Source of the DNA: Candidatus Yanofskybacteria bacterium RIFCSPHIGHO2_01_FULL_41_21
GTDB taxonomy: Bacteria > Patescibacteriota > Minisyncoccia > 2-02-FULL-40-12 > GWA2-44-9
Reading direction: 5' to 3'
Assembly: GCA_001794025.1 (NCBI GenBank)
Contig: MGJA01000008.1
Span: forward strand, 358-64,357
DNA: 64,000 nt
In this document: positions 33,648-44,064 of the stretch, in pieces
Position numbering within the stretch: position 1 is the first letter of the stretch
How the letters are laid out: each line of letters opens with the position of its first letter
Notes under the pieces: generated by a model
What the model saw: only the letters and a program-made list of their open reading frames with translations
What the model was told of the DNA's origin: nothing
Databases searched by the model: none
Made by a program: the position numbers and the translations under genes

Positions 33648-33959
33648 ATGTTTGCCGTAATAAAAACTGGTGGTAAACAATACAAAGTCGCAGAAGGCGA
33701 CGTTTTAATGATTGAAAAATTAAACGTTAATGGGGAGACCGTTACTTTCAATGAAGTTTTACTTATTACTGATGGGGATAAAGTTACTCTTGGTAAACCG
33801 ATGATTGAAGGCGCTACTGTTGGAGCCAAAGTTCTTATTGCCGAAGGCAAGGACAAGAAAAAGATGGTTTTCAAATATAAATCAAAGACCCGTCAAAGAA
33901 AGAAAAAGGGTCACCGTCAGCCATTTACCAAAGTGCAGATTTCTAAAATATCGCTCTAG
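33648..33959 (+). CDS. rplU: 50S ribosomal protein L21
   Basis: MFAVIKTGGKQYKVAEGDVL. Confidence 0.9.
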   Translation: MFAVIKTGGKQYKVAEGDVLMIEKLNVNGETVTFNEVLLITDGDKVTLGKPMIEGATVGAKVLIAEGKDKKKMVFKYKSKTRQRKKKGHRQPFTKVQISKISL

Positions 33960-33971
33960 TGGGGCGATATT

Positions 33972-34571
33972 TTACTTCCTAAACTCTAAGGCATGTTTAA
34001 GGGTGCTTTCATCGGCGTACTCTAAATGAGAACCGGAAGCCAATCCACGGCCGAGACGGGTGATTAAGACATTGGGCTTGTCGGTAAACTGGCTTTTTAG
34101 ATATAAGGCGGTTGTCTCACCGGGAGTATTGGGGTTCATGGCGAGGATTAACTCTACTTCTTTGACTGATTCAGTTAAGACATTAATTCTTGATTCAAGG
34201 TGTTTGATTCTAAGGTTGTCAGGTAAGACGTTGTCTAGGGGATTAATCGCTCCACCAAGGACATGATAAAGGCCTTTGTAGAGCCCTGTCTTTTCAATTG
34301 AATCCAGGTCGGTAACTTTTTCAACTACGAGCATTTTTGTCCTATCGCGGGATGGGTTAGAACAGACCGAGCAAACAGCACTGTCGCTTATATTAAAACA
34401 CTGGTTACAGAAAGATATATCTTGTTTTAGATGACTAATCGCATATCCCAATTCTTCTATTTCCGAATCGGGTTTATCCAATAAAGCCAAAACAAACCGC
34501 ACCGCCTGTCGCGGACCGACCCCCGGCAATCTTTGGAATAATTTAGCTATTTGTTTAAATCGTTCATCCAT
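33972..34571 (-). CDS. recR: recombination protein RecR
   Basis: C4 zinc finger CNQC...CSVC plus Toprim; start moved to MDERFKQIAKLFQRLPGVG because upstream 36 nt belong to repeat family A. Confidence 0.85.
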   Translation of the reverse strand: MDERFKQIAKLFQRLPGVGPRQAVRFVLALLDKPDSEIEELGYAISHLKQDISFCNQCFNISDSAVCSVCSNPSRDRTKMLVVEKVTDLDSIEKTGLYKGLYHVLGGAINPLDNVLPDNLRIKHLESRINVLTESVKEVELILAMNPNTPGETTALYLKSQFTDKPNVLITRLGRGLASGSHLEYADESTLKHALEFRK

Positions 34572-34681
34572 CCCGTTAGAAGTGCTACAAACCGTCCACC
34601 ATATCAAGGTGGTGGCAAGCTGTAGTTACATTATTAATGATTAACATTATTTATATCCGTTAGGATTCACTTCTAACGGGA
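34572..34681 (-). repeat. family A cassette copy abutting recR start codon
   Basis: TIR cccgttagaagtg/cacttctaacggg; internal hairpin ccacc-atatcaa-ggtgg. Confidence 0.7.
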
Positions 34682-36076
34682 CTAGAATTCTATTTCTTCT
34701 ATATTTTGACCGCCGGTTAGATATTCGTCGGTATAACCGCCTTGGTTATCAAGGTGGAAACGTAAACTGGATGGGTCAATACGAAATTTAATTTCCCCTG
34801 TTGGACCATTGCGGTGTTTGGCGATAATCAGTTCGGCAAGATTTTGTTTGCTGGGGTCAACTTGGTCTTTGCTTTTCATTTTATCTTCACGATGAATAAA
34901 CATTACCAAGTCGGCATCTTGTTCGATAGAACCGGAATCGCGTAAATCAGAAAGTTTTGGTCGATGGCCGTCTCGCTGTTCAATGGCACGAGAAAGTTGG
35001 GATAAGGCGATAATAGGGACATTTAATTCTTTGGCTAAGCCCTTCAGTCCGCGTGAAATTTCGGTAACCATTTGAACGGGACTGTCATAATTTCGTCTTC
35101 CGCTCATAAGTTGGAGGTAATCAACAATAATAAGTCCGAGGCCATGTTCGGCTTGAAGTCGACGAGCCATGGCTCGCATTTGCAAAATATTCGGAGAAGG
35201 GGAATCGTCAATATATAAAGGAAAATTCTTTAATTCGTCACAGGCCATGGTGACCCGAAGAAGCTCGTCTTGTTCTTGTGAAAGTTTGCCCGTGCGCATT
35301 TCCCACAAACTTACACCGGAAGCTAGGGCGATAAAGCGGTCAACAACTTGGTCAATGGACATTTCCATACTAAAGACACCGACAGGGATTTTTTGTTTGG
35401 CGATATTATAGGCCAGGTTGATGGCGAGAGCGGTTTTACCGACTGATGGTCGCGCAGCGAGAACAATCAAATCGGATTTTTGGAAACCGCCAAGCATATT
35501 GTCCAAGTCCAGATAACCGGTCTTGTGACCCCGCAAACTGCCGTCGTGTTGAGTAGTGATGCGTTCAATGGCTCCGTCAAGAGTACTGCCGACATCAAGG
35601 AAGTTTTTTGTGAGTGATTTTGATGAGACCGCGAAAAGCTTCTTTTCGGCTTCATCCAATAAATCTTCAACTTCTTCTTCCTCACGATAGCCCAAACCAA
35701 TCATATGGTGGGCGGCGTCAATAAGGTCACGAAGCATTTTTTTACGTTGAACAATCTTGGCGTAGGTGGCGATATGGGCTGAGGTCGGTACAGAATTTAC
35801 TAATGAAGTGAGATAGGCCAGTCCGCCGATATTTTCCAGCGCATTCATCTCGCTTAATTTATTAGACAAACTCAAAAGGTCAATGGGTTCATGATGTTCA
35901 AACAAAGTAAACGCCGCTTGGGCGATCAATTGATGCCCATGCTGATAAAAATCTTCAGGGCGTATAATATCGGCAATCTTGTTAATTGCCTCTCTATCTA
36001 GGATCAGCGCACCAAGGATTGATTTTTCGGCATCTATGCTCTGGGGGGGTAATTTGTCGGGTGGAATAGATGACAT
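34682..36076 (-). CDS. dnaB: replicative DNA helicase DnaB
   Basis: Walker A ARPSVGKTALAIN, IIVDYLQLM, N-terminal DnaB domain. Confidence 0.9.
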   Translation of the reverse strand: MSSIPPDKLPPQSIDAEKSILGALILDREAINKIADIIRPEDFYQHGHQLIAQAAFTLFEHHEPIDLLSLSNKLSEMNALENIGGLAYLTSLVNSVPTSAHIATYAKIVQRKKMLRDLIDAAHHMIGLGYREEEEVEDLLDEAEKKLFAVSSKSLTKNFLDVGSTLDGAIERITTQHDGSLRGHKTGYLDLDNMLGGFQKSDLIVLAARPSVGKTALAINLAYNIAKQKIPVGVFSMEMSIDQVVDRFIALASGVSLWEMRTGKLSQEQDELLRVTMACDELKNFPLYIDDSPSPNILQMRAMARRLQAEHGLGLIIVDYLQLMSGRRNYDSPVQMVTEISRGLKGLAKELNVPIIALSQLSRAIEQRDGHRPKLSDLRDSGSIEQDADLVMFIHREDKMKSKDQVDPSKQNLAELIIAKHRNGPTGEIKFRIDPSSLRFHLDNQGGYTDEYLTGGQNIEEIEF

Positions 36077-36170
36077 AGTGATATCTCATTATTACAAGAT
36101 AAAAAAACAACGCAAGTTAAAAATAAACCGACTGGGGACAAAACTGTTGATAGCTGGACAGAGGGAAATT

Positions 36171-36425
36171 TTCTCAGCTTCCTCTTGGACTATTTCTAGC
36201 AACTCTTCCTAATTTCTCTGACCAGCCGAAGCAACTCCTGTCGGGCCATGCGGCTTCGCTTTGCTCACCCGTTCCCGACATCCTCGGGCTGGTACCCAGA
36301 GAAATACGTTGTATATTTAATTCGTTCGGACAAAATGATTTTCAATCACTTTGCTCCTCACTCATAAATATAGCGTCAGAGTTGCTGAAATAGAGCCAAT
36401 CGTGCAGATTGAGAAAATTTCCCTC
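36171..36425. mobile_element. MITE-like element, family C variant (TIR gagggaaattttctcag)
   Basis: core ...tgtcgggccatgcgg...ggtacccagagaaata... shared with 42955, 46468, 62592, 63349 copies. Confidence 0.55.
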
Positions 36426-36458
36426 TGCCACGCTATCTTGGTGTGTGGTTTTAGTGAT

Positions 36459-36567
36459 AAAGAATTGAAAACTCGCCCTTTGACCCAGTAGCGGAGGGGG
36501 ACCCTTTGGGGGAACCGCCGGGACTGGTTCCCCGGGTCTGGGGCAAAGGGCGAGTTTTCAATTCTTT
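36459..36567. repeat. GC-rich structured repeat family B with 24-bp perfect TIR aaagaattgaaaactcgccctttg
   Basis: core acccagtagcggagggggaccc...ggggaaccgccgggactggttccccgggtctgggg; copies at 39364, 46246, 53382. Confidence 0.65.
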
Positions 36568-38044
36568 ATTTAGTAGAAATCAGAGGTCCGAAAGGGGTGT
36601 CGGCGATGGTGAAGCCGGAAGATTCAATGCGGGCGCGGAGAGAATCGGCTTTGGACCAGTCCTGATCAAGACGGTGTTGTTCGCGTTGTTCAGCGAGTTC
36701 AAGTATTTCGGGTGGGATGGATTGTTCTTTTGGTTCAGGGACAATACCAAGAACCCGTTCAACAGTGGTCTGGAAAAATGTTTTAACGGATTCTGCTTGG
36801 CCTGCGGAAAGAGTATTTTTGGCAAGCAGGGGATTGAGGGCGCGAATAAGTTCAAAGACCGAGGCAATTGCTGATGGAGCGTTAAAATCGTCATCCATAC
36901 TAGTGGTGAATTTGTCAGCGCAGGATTTTAATGTTTCATCAAGTAAAGGATTTTCTTCACCTGACGCTTTAGTGAGGCGGGCAAGGAAGTCGGCAATGCG
37001 GTCAACGGCGACGGAGGATTGATTAATCAGGGTATCGTCATAGGCGAGGGGAGAACGGTAATGAGCGGAAAGAAAGTAAAGACGGAGTGTTTCAGCTGGG
37101 TGACGGGGTAAACTATTAGTTGTATCTCGGAGAGTTCTGAAATTATTAAGTGATTTTGACATTTTGTCTGCTTTGGTAATAAGAAATCCCGAATGCATCC
37201 AATATTTTACAAACGGAATCTTCCCAGAAGATGCTTGTTGTTGGGCAATTTCAGCTTCGTGATGAGGGAACATTAAATCCTGGCCTCCGCCATGAATATC
37301 ATATTGCTGACCCAGATATTTTTCCGAAATGGCTGTGTCTTCAATGTGCCAGCCCGGACGACCGAGACCCCACGGTGATTCGTTAGTTGGTTCGTAGGAA
37401 TAATTTTGGGCTTTCCAAAGGACAAAATCGCGGGGACTAAGTTTATTGGCCTCCATTTCCACGCGAGTGCTTTCTTTTAATTCTTCTAGATTCTGACCCG
37501 AAAGCACGCCATACTGGTTAGGGAAGTCCTTATTATATCTGGCAAGTTCAAAATAAACATCACTTGCCCCGAGCGAAGTCGAGGGGTTGTCTCCTACTTC
37601 AACAGCATCCGGTCCGGTGGCTTTGATAGCCGGTGCGGTATAAGCATAACCCTTTTCAACTAAGGTCTTAACTTGAGTAATAATTTCAGGAATATGTTCG
37701 GAGGCCAAAGCATAATTATTTACCGAAGCAATTTTGAGTCCACCCATATCGTCAATAAAAGCCGTTTTGTATTTGAGGGATATTTCTTCAGGTTTTTTGC
37801 CCTCATTGTGGGCGCGGGTAATAATCTTATCGTCAATGTCGGTAATATTTTGAACGTAGTTCAATTCAAATCCTTTAAATTCCAAATAACGGCCGACGAC
37901 ATCAAAGAAAACAAATGTCCGAGCGTTCCCGATATGAATGTAATCATAAACTGTCGGCCCACAGACAAACATTCCAACACTTTTTTGATCAAGCGGAATA
38001 AACTCTTCTTTGGTTTTATTTAGGGTGTTGTAGATTTTTAACAT
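36566..38044 (-). CDS. cysS: cysteine--tRNA ligase
   Basis: HIGNARTF (HIGH), KMSKS motif. Confidence 0.9.
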   Translation of the reverse strand: MLKIYNTLNKTKEEFIPLDQKSVGMFVCGPTVYDYIHIGNARTFVFFDVVGRYLEFKGFELNYVQNITDIDDKIITRAHNEGKKPEEISLKYKTAFIDDMGGLKIASVNNYALASEHIPEIITQVKTLVEKGYAYTAPAIKATGPDAVEVGDNPSTSLGASDVYFELARYNKDFPNQYGVLSGQNLEELKESTRVEMEANKLSPRDFVLWKAQNYSYEPTNESPWGLGRPGWHIEDTAISEKYLGQQYDIHGGGQDLMFPHHEAEIAQQQASSGKIPFVKYWMHSGFLITKADKMSKSLNNFRTLRDTTNSLPRHPAETLRLYFLSAHYRSPLAYDDTLINQSSVAVDRIADFLARLTKASGEENPLLDETLKSCADKFTTSMDDDFNAPSAIASVFELIRALNPLLAKNTLSAGQAESVKTFFQTTVERVLGIVPEPKEQSIPPEILELAEQREQHRLDQDWSKADSLRARIESSGFTIADTPFGPLISTK

Positions 38045-38055
38045 AGTAGTAAATT

Positions 38056-39339
38056 CTATAGCACAATCATGGCAATAATACAGGCCGTCATGATTATAAG
38101 CAGTATATAGGCAATAATATTAGATAACAAACGGCTGGTGTATTGACCCATGATTTTTGGATTATTAGCCATATGAATAACCAAAGCGATAATAAACGGC
38201 GAAACAACGCCGAAAATTATACCTGTATAATAAAGAATATTGATAGGTTGTAAACCAAAGACAGGAATAGCTATGCCCAGTAGAGTCGCTAAAACCAAAA
38301 TCAGATAAAATTGCCTGGCTTTTCCGAAGGTATAATCCAAGCCCACTTTCCAGCCGATTGTCTCCGCAATAGCATAAGCGGCGGAACCGGCCAAGACCGG
38401 AATAGCTAGGATACCGGAAGCAATAATACCAATTAAAAATAGAAGATTAGTGTAGTGTCCCGCCAATGGTTGGAGGATTGTGGCCATTTCTTCAATACTG
38501 CTCACTTCACTAAAACCATGAGAAAAAAGGGTTGAAGCGGCTAGAATCATAATAAAAAATGTAATTAAATTAGAAAATATCATACCCATCCGAACATCTG
38601 TGTACATGGTACCAATCTCGTTTTTCATTCTGACTGAAGACCGGCTGGCAGTATGAGGTTTAATATCCGGAATCATGCCATGAATATGGTCATGATAATG
38701 AAGCCGTTCTTCTTCCACCGCTTCCGATGCTTGCCAAAAGAATAAATACGGCGAAATAGTGGTTCCGAATATGGCGACAATCATGGCCAAGTATTCTTTG
38801 CTAAATGTTATATGAGGAATGAGAACATTTAACATAACATTTCTCCAATCAGGCGATATAAAAAAGACAGCCAAGACATATGAAAACAAAACGATGGCAA
38901 TCCATTTTAAATATTTAGCGATAACACGATAAGGAAGTATAATTATAAGTCCGATAACAATAAGTGATAGTAAAATAGATATAATAACAGACGGAAGGGG
39001 AACAAGGAGTTTGACCGCCGCGGACATGGCAGAAATATCAGCGCCGATATTAATGACAGTAGCAACCGAAATAAGGACAGTAATAAAAAGAAGCATCCAT
39101 ACGGGATAATGCTTTTTCATATTCCCTGCCAGTCCTTTTCCTGACACTAAACCAATCCGACCAGCCATGCGCTGGATAATTATCATGAAAGGCAGAGTTG
39201 CAAGAACAGTCCAGAGAATTGAGAGGCCAAACTTAGCTCCAGCGATGGCGTAGATAGCAATACCGGCCGGATCATCATCGGCTGCGCCGACAACTAAACC
39301 TGGCCCAAGAGACCGCCAAAAGGATTTGAGTTTGTCCAT
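38056..39339 (-). CDS. mntH: NRAMP-family divalent metal (Mn2+/Fe2+) transporter
   Basis: GPGLVVGAADDDPAGIAIY Nramp signature; ~11 TM. Confidence 0.85.
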   Translation of the reverse strand: MDKLKSFWRSLGPGLVVGAADDDPAGIAIYAIAGAKFGLSILWTVLATLPFMIIIQRMAGRIGLVSGKGLAGNMKKHYPVWMLLFITVLISVATVINIGADISAMSAAVKLLVPLPSVIISILLSLIVIGLIIILPYRVIAKYLKWIAIVLFSYVLAVFFISPDWRNVMLNVLIPHITFSKEYLAMIVAIFGTTISPYLFFWQASEAVEEERLHYHDHIHGMIPDIKPHTASRSSVRMKNEIGTMYTDVRMGMIFSNLITFFIMILAASTLFSHGFSEVSSIEEMATILQPLAGHYTNLLFLIGIIASGILAIPVLAGSAAYAIAETIGWKVGLDYTFGKARQFYLILVLATLLGIAIPVFGLQPINILYYTGIIFGVVSPFIIALVIHMANNPKIMGQYTSRLLSNIIAYILLIIMTACIIAMIVL

Positions 39340-39363
39340 TTCTTAAATTGTAACATATCGTTC

Positions 39364-39550
39364 CATCCACCCCAACTACCAACTCAATCATCACTTGGGA
39401 CCACTCTTATCCCCAGACCCAGGGAACCAGTCCCGTCGGTTCCCCCACAGAGTGGGACCCCCTCCGCTACTGGGTCTAAGAGTGGCCCCCAAGCGACTCA
39501 ATGTGAAATGATTTTAGGATTTCTTGCTGGGAGTTAGGGTGTCGGTTGCC
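39364..39550. repeat. GC-rich long-hairpin repeat family B (extended copy)
   Basis: ccactcttatccccagacccagggaaccagtcccgtcggttccccc...gggtctaagagtgg; near-identical to 46246..46440. Confidence 0.65.
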
Positions 39551-39600
39551 TCGAATTGGCAATGGTTTTCGCTCGACTCGGGGGTATATGCCGGAGTGAG

Positions 39601-39627
39601 CTGGCACTCTTGACATGAGAGTGCCAG
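39601..39627 (+). promoter_or_regulatory. CIRCE-like HrcA operator (TGGCACTC-N9-GAGTGCCA) overlapping putative -35/-10
   Basis: ctggcactcttgacatgagagtgccag then tataat; immediately upstream of hrcA. Confidence 0.6.
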
Positions 39628-39645
39628 TTATAATATACTGTCTGC

Positions 39646-40404
39646 ATGAATGTGACAAAGCGACAAAACACATTGCTGGACTTCATTATTCGGGAATATG
39701 TGAAGACGGCAAAACCAATTCCCTCGGCTTTGGTTTGTAAGAAATCAAAGTTGAAAGTTAGTCCGGCTACCATCCGAAATGAGATGAATTATTTGGAGGA
39801 AAATGGTTACTTAGAACAACGGCACACTTCCGGCGGGCGGGTGCCAACCGATAAGGCCTACCGGTATTACGTAAACAAATTATTAAACCATCCAAGTCAG
39901 CTGGAAGTAAATCAAGAAAATAAAAAAGATATAACAAGAGCACTTTTCAAAGCCGGTCCCGATAGTCGAGCCATTAATAAAGCCATTGCCAGAGTTCTTT
40001 CTGAGCAATCCGGGAACCTTGTCATTACCGGAATAGCTGAAGAAGCAGAATTCTTCAAACAAGGATTAGTCAGTTTATCTCGCCATCCTGAATTTCAAAA
40101 AGTAGACAGTTTATTTCAGTTGACGAGTTTCTTTGAGGGATTTGATTTGATGTTTCAATTAATTGAGCGTGAATTTATGAGAATTCTTGGCGTGCCAGAT
40201 GGAATACAAATTCAAATTTTGATTGGTCACGAAAATCCGTTCTGCCAGATTAAAGGAGAGACCATCATGTGCACGAAATATCTTCTGCCGGGTGATGTTG
40301 TCGGTTCCCTTACCCTGATTGGTCCCAAACGGATGGATTATGAAAAAAATATCGCCCTAATAAAATATACAACTGATCAATTACGAAAAATAAATAACCA
40401 CTAA
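39646..40404 (+). CDS. hrcA: heat-inducible transcription repressor HrcA (short form)
   Basis: N-terminal wHTH SPATIRNEMNYLEENGYLEQRHTSGGRVPTDKAYRYYV. Confidence 0.85.
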   Translation: MNVTKRQNTLLDFIIREYVKTAKPIPSALVCKKSKLKVSPATIRNEMNYLEENGYLEQRHTSGGRVPTDKAYRYYVNKLLNHPSQLEVNQENKKDITRALFKAGPDSRAINKAIARVLSEQSGNLVITGIAEEAEFFKQGLVSLSRHPEFQKVDSLFQLTSFFEGFDLMFQLIEREFMRILGVPDGIQIQILIGHENPFCQIKGETIMCTKYLLPGDVVGSLTLIGPKRMDYEKNIALIKYTTDQLRKINNH

Positions 40405-40410
40405 ATAATA

Positions 40411-40496
40411 ATTTTCAATTATCAATTTACAATAAATTATCAATAGCTCAATTCTCAAACACTGAAAATTGAAAACTGAAAATTGTAAATTAAACC
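40411..40496 (+). repeat. AT-rich ~85-nt element upstream of grpE (family H), tandem tgaaaattg units, terminal aatttacaat/attgtaaatt
   Basis: direct repeat of 40948..41042. Confidence 0.7.
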
Positions 40497-40499
40497 AAT

Positions 40500-40949
40500 A
40501 TGGACGAAGAAATAAAACAAACCGAAGGAGAAGAAACAGTACAAACAGTATCAAACAATAAAGTAAGCAAAGAGGAGGAGTACTTAAACAATTGGAAACG
40601 GGAACGAGCTGACTTCCTAAATTATAAAAAGGACGAGTCACGGAGGGTTGAAGAATTTGTCAGATTTGCGAATGAAGACGTGATTTTAGAAACGATGGAG
40701 ATTGTAGATGATTTAGATCTTGCGGTTCAGGAGTACAAAGATATTGGCCTGGAGCAAATTATAAAGAAGTTTAAAGATTTATTTAAAAAGTATGGTTTAG
40801 AAGAGATTGAAACAAAAGGCAAGTTTGATCCAGGATTACATGAAGCAATAGAGACAGAAACAGGAGGCGAGAAAATAATTCAAGTCAGGGCGGGATACAC
40901 AATGCACGGAAAAGTAATCAGACCGGCAAGAGTCAGAATCACGAAGTAA
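40500..40949 (+). CDS. grpE: nucleotide exchange factor GrpE
   Basis: GrpE C-terminal FDPGLHEAI...; operon position. Confidence 0.85.
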   Translation: MDEEIKQTEGEETVQTVSNNKVSKEEEYLNNWKRERADFLNYKKDESRRVEEFVRFANEDVILETMEIVDDLDLAVQEYKDIGLEQIIKKFKDLFKKYGLEEIETKGKFDPGLHEAIETETGGEKIIQVRAGYTMHGKVIRPARVRITK

Positions 40950-41042
40950 TTTACAGTTATCAATTAACAATTTACAATAAATTATCAATAGCTCAGTTTT
41001 CAAACATTGAAAATTGGAAACTGAAAATTGAAAATTGATTTT
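40948..41042 (+). repeat. second copy of family H element upstream of dnaK
   Basis: caatttacaataaattatcaatagctcagttttcaaacattgaaaattggaaactgaaaattg. Confidence 0.7.
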
Positions 41043-41050
41043 ACGAATCC

Positions 41051-42940
41051 ATGAGTAAAATTCTAGGGATTGATTTAGGGACAACTAATTCAGCGATGGC
41101 AGTAGTAGAGGCGGGACAGCCACGTATCTTGGAAAACAAAGAGGGAGTGCGTACCACACCTTCGATTGTGGCAGTCGGTAAAAATAATGAACGTTATGTT
41201 GGTGTTACTGCAAAGCGTCAGGCCGTCACTAATCCAAAGAATACTATTTATTCAGTGAAGCGATTAATCGGTCGTCGTTTTAGCGATGCCGAAGTACAAA
41301 AGGATAAAAAACTTTTACCTTACGAAATTCGTGAAGGTAAACAAGGCGACGTTGAAGTAAATATTGGCGGTGAGTGGAAAAAACCGGCTGAAATTTCGGC
41401 AATGATTCTCCAAAAAATGAAAGCCGACGCTGAAGATAAACTAGGAGAAAAAATTACAGAAGCGATTATTACTGTTCCAGCTTACTTTGACGATGCTCAA
41501 CGTAAGGCGACAAAAGATGCGGGTGAAATTGCTGGTTTAACCGTGAAACGAGTTATTAACGAACCGACTGCTGCCGCACTGGCTTATGGTTTTAACAAGA
41601 AGAAAGATGAGAAGATTGTTGTCTATGACTTTGGGGGCGGAACCTTTGATGTTTCTGTGCTTGAAGTTTCGGAAGATACAATTGAAGTTAAAAGTACGGG
41701 CGGGGATACTCATCTGGGCGGTGATGATATTGACCAAAAAATCATCCATTTCTTTATCGATGAATTTAAAAAGGAAAGCGGAATGGATGTATCAAAGGAT
41801 CAACTTGTCGTTCAACGCTTAAAGGATGCCGCGGAAAAAGCAAAACACGAATTGTCCAGTACATTGCAGACCGAAGTGAATATTCCGTTCTTAACGGCGG
41901 ATTCATCCGGTCCAAAACATTTCACCATTTCGTTTACCCGAGCCAAGCTTGAAGAATTAACACATGAATTTATAGAACGTTCCATTAGAATTACTAAACA
42001 GGTGGTTGAAGATGCCGGTCTTAAAATTTCCGACATTCACGAAGTAGTTATGGTCGGGGGACAGACACGAATGCCGCTGATCGTTGAAGAAGTGAAAAAA
42101 CTATTCGGCAGAGAACCGCATAAGGACATTAACCCGGACGAAGTTGTGGCTCTTGGTGCCGCTGTTCAAGGCGGAATTATGCAAGGAGACATCCGCGACG
42201 TTCTTTTACTTGATGTGACTCCGTTATCTTTGGGTATTGAGACAATGGGCGGTGTATTTACAAAGATGATAGAAAAAAATACAACCGTTCCGGTAGCCAA
42301 GACCCAGGTCTATTCAACCGCAGCTGATAGCCAGCCGTCGGTGGAAATTCATATCTTGCAGGGTGAACGGGCGATGGCAAGCGACAACAAAACTCTGGGT
42401 CGGTTTATTCTTGATGGTATCCCGCCGGCTCCACGTGGTGTGCCTCAAATTGAAGTTACTTTTGACATTGACGCTAACGGTATCTTGAATGTCAAAGCCA
42501 AAGATAAAGCCACTAACAAAGAACAATCAATTCGTATTGAAGGTTCATCTGGTCTTTCTGAAGATGAAAAGAAACGGATGACCGCCGATGCTGAAAAATT
42601 CGCTTCAGAAGATGCTAAGAAAAAAGAACTGGCCGAGACCCGCAATATGGGTGAAACGTTGGCTTATTCAACCGAAAAGATGATTAAAGACAACGATACA
42701 AAAATTAAAGAAGATGACAAAAAAGAATTGAATGATAAGATAAAGAAGGTTCGTTCATCTTTGAAATTGGATAACGTTGATGAAATTAAGTCAGCGACCG
42801 AAGTTCTTTCCAAGTCGGCTCAACGGGTTGGGGGAGAATTATATAAATCCTCCTCCACTGAAGCTTCGGCGGACAAGGCAAGCGAAGAACCGAAGACCGA
42901 AGAAAAACCAAAAGAAGAGCCACCAGTCAAAGAATCCTAA
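41051..42940 (+). CDS. dnaK: molecular chaperone DnaK (Hsp70)
   Basis: [16 protein letters not shown], full Hsp70 domains. Confidence 0.95.
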   Translation: MSKILGIDLGTTNSAMAVVEAGQPRILENKEGVRTTPSIVAVGKNNERYVGVTAKRQAVTNPKNTIYSVKRLIGRRFSDAEVQKDKKLLPYEIREGKQGDVEVNIGGEWKKPAEISAMILQKMKADAEDKLGEKITEAIITVPAYFDDAQRKATKDAGEIAGLTVKRVINEPTAAALAYGFNKKKDEKIVVYDFGGGTFDVSVLEVSEDTIEVKSTGGDTHLGGDDIDQKIIHFFIDEFKKESGMDVSKDQLVVQRLKDAAEKAKHELSSTLQTEVNIPFLTADSSGPKHFTISFTRAKLEELTHEFIERSIRITKQVVEDAGLKISDIHEVVMVGGQTRMPLIVEEVKKLFGREPHKDINPDEVVALGAAVQGGIMQGDIRDVLLLDVTPLSLGIETMGGVFTKMIEKNTTVPVAKTQVYSTAADSQPSVEIHILQGERAMASDNKTLGRFILDGIPPAPRGVPQIEVTFDIDANGILNVKAKDKATNKEQSIRIEGSSGLSEDEKKRMTADAEKFASEDAKKKELAETRNMGETLAYSTEKMIKDNDTKIKEDDKKELNDKIKKVRSSLKLDNVDEIKSATEVLSKSAQRVGGELYKSSSTEASADKASEEPKTEEKPKEEPPVKES

Positions 42941-42954
42941 TCGCTCGGCTGTAA

Positions 42955-43144
42955 TCACTTTTCTCACGGCTTCCTCTTGGAGCATTTCTAGAAATTATCT
43001 CTCATTTCTCTGACCGACTGGGGTCACCCCTGTCAGGCCATGCGGATTTCTGTCCGTTCCTGACATCCCCAGATCGGTACCCAGAGAAATATCAAGATAA
43101 TTTCTGAAATGCTTACCAATCGTGCAGATTGTGAGAAAAAGTGA
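42955..43144. mobile_element. MITE family C copy (TIR tcacttttctcac / gtgagaaaaagtga)
   Basis: ~96% identical to 62596..62780. Confidence 0.65.
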
Positions 43145-43728
43145 TTTCAACCTCGCTTATTGTTTTGGAAAAACCCGGGAGTCGAGAAATTATTGAAAAA
43201 AATAATTTTGAAATAAAAACATCTGATTTGTGTTTGGAAGAACAGGAAGATCAGAAAGAATGGTTGTCTTCAGACGAAGATGTCCCCAATATTCTTTGGG
43301 AAAAAATAAAAGATTTGCCACTCAATATTTCGTTTGGAGATTTTTTGAAAAAAATCAGGAAATCACTTTATGATCTATATGGCGAAAAGAGAGACAAAGC
43401 TTCTTCTTTCGCCGACTCTCGTTTTACACCACTTTCTGAAACGGTAGAACGCGGAATGATTTCTTGTGGGGCTTTTTCTAGTATCTTTGGTGCAGTACTT
43501 AGAAAATTTGGAATTCCAGTTAAACTTATACACGGAATATTAGAAAGTCAGGATGAGAAGAAATCTAATAGACATGCTTGGCTAGAAATTTTTAATCCAG
43601 TAAGTAATTCGTGGTTTGAAATGGATCCAACAAATGATAATTTTGAAGCACGAAATGATGCAATGCGTAGAAAAGTTTATCATAATTGGTTAGAATTAAA
43701 GCCAGATTATGAGAAATGGGAATATTAA
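43141..43728 (+). CDS. transglutaminase-like cysteine protease domain protein (GTG start overlapping MITE end; start uncertain)
   Basis: CGAFSSIFGAVLRK...HAWLEIF...WFEMDPTND Cys-His-Asp arrangement. Confidence 0.55.
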   Translation: MISTSLIVLEKPGSREIIEKNNFEIKTSDLCLEEQEDQKEWLSSDEDVPNILWEKIKDLPLNISFGDFLKKIRKSLYDLYGEKRDKASSFADSRFTPLSETVERGMISCGAFSSIFGAVLRKFGIPVKLIHGILESQDEKKSNRHAWLEIFNPVSNSWFEMDPTNDNFEARNDAMRRKVYHNWLELKPDYEKWEY

Positions 43729-44064
43729 ATGAAAAGCCTTAAATTTAAACCGGAATTGATTGAGTTGATTCTTGATGGAAGTAAAAGAACTACTTGGCGA
43801 CTTTTTGACGACAAAAATCTAGAAGTCGGAGATGAGTTTGAAATTATTAATTCAGAGACAAAAGAAAATTGCGGTATTGGCGTTATTCAAGATATCAAGA
43901 TTAAAAAGTTGAAAGATATGGATGATACAGATTTTGAAGGTCATGAAAAATATCCTAACCCAGAAATTAAACTTATTCGTTTAAAAGAGCTTTATGGTGA
44001 TAAAGTAAACTTAGATACAATAGTAAAAATAATTAAATTCGGGTTACTAAGTTCTAAATTCTAA
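43729..44064 (+). CDS. ASCH (PUA-like) domain protein
   Basis: ILDGSKRTTWRLFD ASCH-like N-terminal motif. Confidence 0.55.
   Translation: MKSLKFKPELIELILDGSKRTTWRLFDDKNLEVGDEFEIINSETKENCGIGVIQDIKIKKLKDMDDTDFEGHEKYPNPEIKLIRLKELYGDKVNLDTIVKIIKFGLLSSKF

Noticed and set aside
36506-36874. 122-aa plus-strand ORF
   Set aside because: Starts inside repeat family B and runs antisense to the well-supported cysS gene.
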